64,000 nt of DNA from Eledone cirrhosa (taxonomy: Eukaryota): assembly GCA_964016885.1 (NCBI GenBank), contig OZ024743.1, positions 181,226,001-181,290,000 of the forward strand, in the 5' to 3' direction. The translations under genes were made by a program, and so were the position numbers. Shown piece after piece: positions 56,901-64,000 of the stretch (position 1 is the first letter of the stretch; each line of letters opens with the position of its first letter). The notes below the pieces were generated by a model. That model had not been told where the DNA came from, ran no database searches, and saw only the letters and a program-made list of their open reading frames with translations.

Positions 56901-59900
56901 GTACGGTAAGGGTATTATTTTTCGTAAGGTGGGTAAGGGTGGTATTGTTCGTAAGGTGGGTAATGGTAATATTTTTCGTAAGGTACTGTAAGGGGTAGTA
57001 TCCTTGGTAAGGTGGGTATGGGTAGTATTTTTCCTATGGTACGGTAAGGGGTAGTATTTTTCGTAAGGTGGGTAACGGTGGTATTTTTCGTAAGGTGGGT
57101 AAGGGTGGTATTTTTCGTAGGGTACGGTAAGTGGTAGTATTTTTCGTCAGGTGGGTAAGGTTTAGTATTTTTCGTAAGGTGGGTAAGGGTAGTATTTTTC
57201 GTAAGGTGGGTAAGGGTAGTATTTTTCGTATGGTACGGTAAGGGGTAGTATTTTTCGTAAGGTGGGTAAGGGTAGTATTTTTCGTGATGTGGGTAAGGGT
57301 AGTATTTTTTGTAAGGTGGGTAAGGATAGTATTTTTCGTAAGGTGGGGTAAGGCGTAGTATTTTTCGTAAGGTGGGTATGGGTAGTATTTTTCGTAAAGT
57401 GAGTAAGGGTAGTATTTTTCGTAAGGTGGGGGTAAGGGTAGTATTTTTTGTAAGGTACGGTAAGCGGTAGTATTTTTTGTAAGGTGGGTAAAGGTAGTAT
57501 CTTTCGTAAGATGGGTAAGGGTATTATTTTTCGTATGGTGGGTAAGGGTAGTATTGTTCGTAATGTGGGTAATGGTAGTATTTTCGTATGGTACGGTATG
57601 GGTAGTATTTTTCGTAAGGTGGGTAAGGGTGGTATCTTTCGTGAGGTGGGTAAGGGTAGTATTTTTCGTAAGATACGGTAAGGGGTAGTATCTTTCGTAA
57701 GGTGGGTAAGGATAGTATTTTTCCTATGGTACGGTAAGGGGTAATATATTTCGTAAGGTGGATAACGGTTGTAATTCTCGTAAGGTGGGTAAGGGTAGTA
57801 TTTTCGTATGGTACGGTAAGGGGTAGTATCTTTCGTAATGTGGGTAAGGGTGGTATTTTTCGTAATGTTGGTAAGGGTAGTATTTTTCGTAGGGTACGGT
57901 AAGGGGTAGTATTTTCGTATGGTACGTTAAGTGGTAGTATTTTTCGTAATGTGGGTAAGGGTAGTATTTTTCGTAAGGTGGGTAAGGGTTTTATTTTTTT
58001 TAGGTGGGTAAGGTGTAGTATTTTTCCTATTGTGGGTAATGGTAGTATTTTTCGTAAGGTGGGTAAGGGTAGTATTTTTCGTAAGTTGGGGTAAGGGGTA
58101 GTATTTTTCGTAAGGTGGGTAAGGGTAGTATTTTTCGTTAGGTGAGTAAGGTTTTTTTTTTTCTTAAGGTACGTTAAGGGGTAGTATTTTTCGTAAGGTG
58201 GGTAACGGTGGTATTTTCCGTAAGGTACGGTAACCGGTAGTATTTTTCGTAAGGTGGGTAAAGGTAGTATCTTTCGTAAGGTGGCTAAGCGTAATATCTT
58301 TCATAAGGTGGGTAAGGGTAGTATTCTTCGTACGGTACGGTAAGGGTAGTATTTTTCGTAAGGTACGGTAAGGGGTAGTATCTTTCGTAACGTGGGTTAG
58401 GTGTAGTATTTTTCGTAGGTGGGTAAGGGTAGTAATTTTGGTAATGTGGGTAATGGTAGTATTTTTCGTAAGGTACGGTAAGGGGTCGTATTTTTCGTTA
58501 TTGGGTAAGGGTAGTATTTTCGTAAGGTGGGTAAGGTAAGTATTTTTCGTAAGGTGGGTAAGGGTAGTATTTTTCGAAAGGGAGGTACGGATAGTTATTT
58601 TTCGTAGGTGGGGTAAGGGGTAGTATTTTTTGTAAGGTGAGTAAGGGTAGTATTTTTCGTAAGGTACGGTAAGGGGTAGTATTTTTCGTAAGGTGGGTAA
58701 AGGTAGTATCTTTCGTAAGGGGGGTAAGCGTAGTATCTTTCGTTAGTTGGGTAAGGGTAGTATTCTTCGTATGGTACGGTAAGGGTATTATTTTTCGTAA
58801 GGTGGGTAAGGGTGGTATTGTTCGTAAGGTGGGTAATGGTAATATTTTTCGTAAGGTACTGTAAGGGGTAGTATCCTTGGTAAGGTGGGTATGGGTAGTA
58901 TTTTTCCTATGGTACGGTAAGGGGTAGTATTTTTCGTAAGGTGGGTAACGGTGGTATTTTTCGTAAGGTGGGTAAGGGTGGTATTTTTCGTAGGGTACGG
59001 TAAGTGGTAGTATTTTTCGTCAGGTGGGTAAGGTTTAGTATTTTTCGTAAGGTGGGTAAGGGTAGTAATTTTGGTAAGGTGAGTAAGGGTAGTATTTTTC
59101 GTAAGGTACGGTAAGGGGTAGTATTTTTCGTAAGCTGGGTAAGGGTATTATTTTTCGTAAGGTGCGTAAGGGTAGAATTTTTCGTAAGGTGGGTAAGGGT
59201 AGTATTTTTCGTAAGGTGGCTAAGGATAGTATTTTTCGTAAGGTGGGGTAAGGTGCAGTATTTTTCGTAAGGTACGGTAAGCGGTAATATTTTTTGAAAG
59301 GTGGGTAAATGTAGCATCTTTTGTAAGGTGGGAAAGCGTAGTATCTTTCGTAAGGTGGTAAGGGTAGTATTTTTCGTAAGATGGGTAAGAGTAGTATTTT
59401 TCGAAAGTGTGTAAAGGTAGTATTTTTCGTAAGGTGGGTAAGAGTAGTATTTTTTGAAAGTGGGTAAAGGTAGTATTTTTCGTAAGGTGGGTAAGGATAG
59501 TATTTTTCGTAAAGTGGGTAAGGGTTAGTATTTTTGATAAGGTGAGTAAGGGTAGTATTTTTCGTAAGGTGGGTAAGGGTAGTATTTTCAGTAAGGTGCC
59601 TAAGGGTAGTATTTTTCGTAAGGTGGGTAAGGTGTTGTATTTTTCGTAAGGTGGGTAAGGGTAGTATTTTTCGTAAAGTGGGTAATGTGTAGTATTTTTC
59701 GTAAGGTGGGGTAAGGGGTAGTATTTTTCGTAAGGTACGGTAGGGGTAGTATTTTTCGTATGGTGGGTAAGGGTGGTATTTTTCGTATGGTGGGAAAGGT
59801 GTAGTATTTTTCGTATGGTGGGGTAAGTGGTAGTATTTTTCGTAAGGTTGATAGGGGTGGAATTTCTCGTATGGTGGGTAAGGAATATTATTTTTCGTAA

Positions 59901-62900
59901 AGTGGGGTAAGGGGTAGTATTTTTCGTAAGGTACGGTGAGGGGTAGTATTTTTTGTAAGGTGGGTTAAGGGAGGTATTTTTCGTAAGGTGGGTAAGGGTA
60001 GTATTTTACGTAAGATGGGTAAGGTGTAGTATTTTTCGTAGGTGGGGTAAGGGTAGTAATTTTCGTAAGGTACGGTAAGGGGTACTCTTTTTCGTAAGGT
60101 GGGTAAGGGTAGTATTTTTCGTAAGGTGGGTAAGGTGTAGTACTTTTCGTATGGTGGGTAAGGTGTAGTATTTTTGGTATGGTGGGTAAGGTGTAGTATT
60201 TTTCTTCTTGTGGGTAGGGTGTAGTATTTTTCTTCTTGTGGGTAAGGGTAGTATTTTTCGTAAGGTGGGTAAGGGGTAGTATTTTTCGTAAGGTGGGTCA
60301 TTTGAAGTATTTTTCGTATGGTGCGTAAGGTGTAGTATTTTTCGTATGGTGGGTAAGGTGTAGTATTCTTTTTATGGTGGCTAAGGTGAAGTATTTTCCG
60401 TAAGGTGGGTAAGGGGTAGTATTTTTCGTAAGGTACGGTAAGGGATAGTATTTTTCGTAAGGTGGGGTAAGGGTAGTGTTTTTCGTAAGGTGGTCAAGGG
60501 TAGTATTTTTCGTAACGTGGTGTAAGGGTAGTATTTTTCTAAGGTGGGTAAGCATGGTATTTTAAGTAAGGTACGTTAAGGGGCAGTATTTTTCAATTGT
60601 GGGTAAGGTGTTGTATTTTTCGAAAGTTGGGTAACGGTAGTAATTTTGGTAATATGGGTAAGGGTAGTATTTTTCGTAATGTACGGTAAGGGGTAGTATT
60701 TTTCGTAATGTGAGTAAGGGTAGTATTTTTCGTAAGGTTGGTAAGGGTAGTATTTTTCGTAATGTGGGTAAGGTCTAGTATTTATCCAGAGGTGGGTAAG
60801 TATAGTATTTTTCGTAAGTAGGTAAGGTGTAGTATTTTTCGTAAGGTACGGTAAGGGGTAGTATTTTTTGTAAGGTACGATAAGGGGTAGTATTTTTCAC
60901 GAGGTGGGTAAGGTGTAGTATTTTTCGTAAGGTGGGTAAGGGTAGTAATTTTGGTAAGGTGAGTAAGGGTAGTATTTTTCGTAAGGTACGGTAAGGGGTA
61001 GTATTTTTCGTAAGGTGCGTAAGGGTAGTATTTTTCGTCATGTGGGTAAGGTGTAGTATTTTTTGTAAGGTGCGTAAGGGTAGTATTTTTCGTAAGTTGG
61101 GGTAAGGCGTAGTATTTTTCGTAAGGTGGGTATGGGTAGTATTTTTCGTAAAGTGAGTAAGGGTAGTATTTTTCGTAAGGTCTGGTAAGGGTAGTATTTT
61201 TCGTAAGGTGGGGGTAAGGGTAGTATTTTTTGTAAGGTACGGTAAGCGGTAGTATTTTTTGTTAGGTGGGTAAAGGTAGTATCTTTCGTAAGGTGGGTAA
61301 GAGTAGTATTTTTCGTATGGTACGGTAAGGGGTAGTATTGTTCGTAATGTGGGTAATGGTAGTATTTTCGTATGGTACGGTATGGGTAGTATTTTTCGTA
61401 AGGTGGGTAAGGGTGGTATCTTTCGTAAGGTGGGTAGGGTAGTATTTTTCGTAAGGTACGGTAAGGGGTAGTATCTTTCGTAAGGTGGGTAAGGATAGTA
61501 TTTTTCCTATGGTAGGGTAAGGGGTAATATATTTCGTAAGGTGGGTAACGGTTGTAATTCTCGTAGGTGGGTAAGGGTAGTATTTTTTTGTAAGGTACGG
61601 TAAGGGGTAGTATCTTTCGTAATGTGGGTAAGGGTGGTATTTTTCGTAATGTTGGTAAGGGTAGTATTTTCGTATGGTACGGTAAGGGGTAGTATCTTTC
61701 GTAATGTGGGTAAGGGTGGTATTTTTCGTAATGTTGGTAAGGGTAGTATTTTCGTATGGTACGGTAAGGGGTAGTATCTTTCGTAATGTGGGTAAGGGTG
61801 GTATTTTTCGTAATGTTGGTAAGGGTAGTATTTTCGTATGGTACGGTAAGGGGTAGTATCTTTCGTAATGTGGGTAAGGGTGGTATTTTTCGTAATGTTG
61901 GTAAGGGTAGTATTTTCGTATGGTACGGTAAGGGGTAGTATCTTTCGTAATGTGGGTAAGGGTGGTATTTTTCGTAATGTTGGTAAGGGTAGTATTTTTC
62001 GTAGGGTACGGTAAGGGGTAGTATTTTCGTATGGTACGTTAAGTGGTAGTATTTTTCGTAATGTGGGTAAGGGTAGTATTTTTCGTAAGGTGGGTAAGGG
62101 TTTTATTTTTTGTAAGGTGGGTAAGGTGTAGTATTTTTCCTATTGTGGGTAATGGTAGTATTTTTCGTAAGGTGGGTAAGGGTAGTATTTTTCGTAAGTT
62201 GGGGTAAGGGGTAGTATTTTTCGTATGGTGGGTAAGGGTAGTATTTTTCGTTAGGTGAGTAAGGTTTTTTTTTTCGTAAGGTACGGTAAGGGTAGTATTT
62301 TTCGTAAGGTGGGTAGGGTAGTATTTTTTGTAAGGTACGGTAACCGGTAGTATTTTTCGTAAGGTGGGTAAAGGTAGTATCTTTCGTAAGGTGGCTAAGC
62401 GTAATATCTTTCATAAGGTGGGTAAGGGTAGTATTCTTCGTATGGTACGGTAAGGGTAGTATTTTTCGTAAGGTACGGTAAGGGGTAGTATCTTTCGTAA
62501 CGTGGGTTAGGTGTAGTATTTTTTGTAGGTGGGTAAGGGTAGTAATTTTGGAAATGTGGGTAATGGTAGTATTTTTTGTAAGGTACGGTAAGGGGTCGTA
62601 TTTTTCGTTAGGTGGGTAAGGGTAGTATTTTCGTAAGGTGGGTAAGGTTAGTATTTTTCGTAAGGTGGGTAAGGGTAGTATTTTTCGAAAGGGAGGGACG
62701 GATAGTTATTTTTCGTAGGTGGGGTAAGGGGTAGTATTTTTTGTAAGGTGAGTAAGGGTAGTATTTTTCGTAAGGTACGGTAAGGGGTAGTATTTTTCGT
62801 AAGGTGGGTAAAGGTTGTATCTTTCGTAAGGGGGGTAAGCGTAGTATCTTTCGTTAGTTGGGTAAGGGTAGTATTCTTCGTATGGTACGCTAAGGGTATT

Positions 62901-64000
62901 ATTTTTCGTAAGGTGGGTAAGGGTGGTATTGTTCGTAAGGTGGGTAATGGTAGTATTTTTCGTAAGGTACTGTAAGGTGGGTATGGGTAATATTTTTCCT
63001 ATGGTACGGTAAGGGGTAGTATATTTCGTAAGGTGGGTAACGGTGGTATTTTTCGTAAGGTGGGTAAGGGTGGTATTTTTCGTAAGGTGGGTATGGGTGG
63101 TATTTTTCGTAGGTACGGTAAGTGGTAGTATTTTTCGTCAGGTGGGTAAGGTTTAGTATTTGTTCGTAATGTGGGTAAGGGTAGTAATTTGGGTAATGTG
63201 GGTAAGGGTAGTATTTTTCGTAAGGTAAAGTAAGGGGTAGTATTTTTCGAAAGGTGGGTAAGGGTTGTATTGTTCGTAAGGTGGGTAAGGTGTAGTATTT
63301 TTCGTAAGGTGGGTAAGGGTAGTATTTTTCGTAAGGTGGATAAGGTGTTGTATTTTTCGTAAGTTGGGGTAGGGGGTAGAATTTTTCGTAAGTACGGTAA
63401 GGGGTAGTATTTTTTGAAACGTGGGTAAGGGTGGTATTTTTCGTATGGTGGGTAAGGTGTAGTATTTTTCGTAAGGTGGGGTAAGGGGTAGTATTTTTCG
63501 TAAGGCGTATAAGGGTGGTATTTTTCGTATGGTGGGTAAGGTGTAGTATTTTTCGTAAGTGGGGTAGGGGTAGTATTTTTCGTAAGGTACGGTAAGGGGT
63601 AGTAATTTTCGTAAGGTACGGTAAGGGGTAGTATTTTTCTTAATGTGGGTAAGGGTAGTATTTTTTGTAAGGTGGGTAAGGTTAGTAATTTTCGTAAGGT
63701 GGGTAAGGGTAGTATTTTTCGAAAGGGGGGTAAGGATAGTATTTTTCGTAATGTGGGGTAAGGGGTAGTATTTTTTGTAAGGTGAGTAAGGGTAGTATTT
63801 TTCGTAATGTGGGTAAAGTTAGTATCTTTCGTAAGGTGGGGAAGGGTAGTATTCTTCGTATGTTTCGGTAAGGGTAGTATTTTTCGTAAGGTGGGTAAGG
63901 GTGGTATTTTTCGTAATGTGGGTAAGGGTAGTATTTTTCGTAAGGTACGGTAAGGGGTAGTATCTTTCGTAAGGTGGGTAATGGTAGTATTTTTCCTATG
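41988..64000. repeat. Satellite array, 27-29-bp monomer GTAGTATTTTTCGTA(A/T)GGTGGGTAAGG(T/G), running off the window end
   Basis: At least 22 kb of tandem monomers, roughly 800 by length, with higher-order duplications. Confidence 0.98.

Noticed and set aside
41404-62414. Many ORFs up to 368 aa (KNTTPYPPYEKYY..., SLSHTL...)
   Set aside because: They are translations of satellite and microsatellite monomers that cycle through reading frames, with no coding signal.
41988-64000. CRISPR-like periodicity
   Set aside because: Monomers are contiguous with no unique spacers, there are no cas genes, and the context is eukaryotic.

Overview
This is AT-rich, microsatellite-dense animal DNA with no host gene that I can support. 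The SINE family and repeat style suggest a cephalopod, probably Octopus (inference). Bases 1-41 kb are a dense nest of mobile elements. There are three same-strand R4/Dong-type RLE retrotransposons around (TAA)n tracts, one with an intact 1216-aa ORF. There are two full-length Tx1/L1-type elements, one with an intact ORF2, and a near-complete Naiad-type Penelope element with direct and inverted pseudo-LTRs that is interrupted by a Helitron. The region also holds gypsy, CRE, RTE and Penelope fragments, MITEs and about 12 tRNA-derived Nin/Deu-domain SINEs. Reading the non-coding DNA by eye gives six type I hammerhead ribozyme motifs in four unrelated sequence families, all in (TA)n-flanked Penelope-type or non-coding modules. 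Several have an enlarged or branched stem II and a predicted loop II pseudoknot. The 5' end of the Naiad copy maps within about 4 nt of its own predicted ribozyme cut. Bases ~42-64 kb are a G-rich 27-29 bp satellite with kb-scale higher-order duplications and one short inversion. All alignments and folds were done by eye, and boundaries are approximate unless stated as exact.
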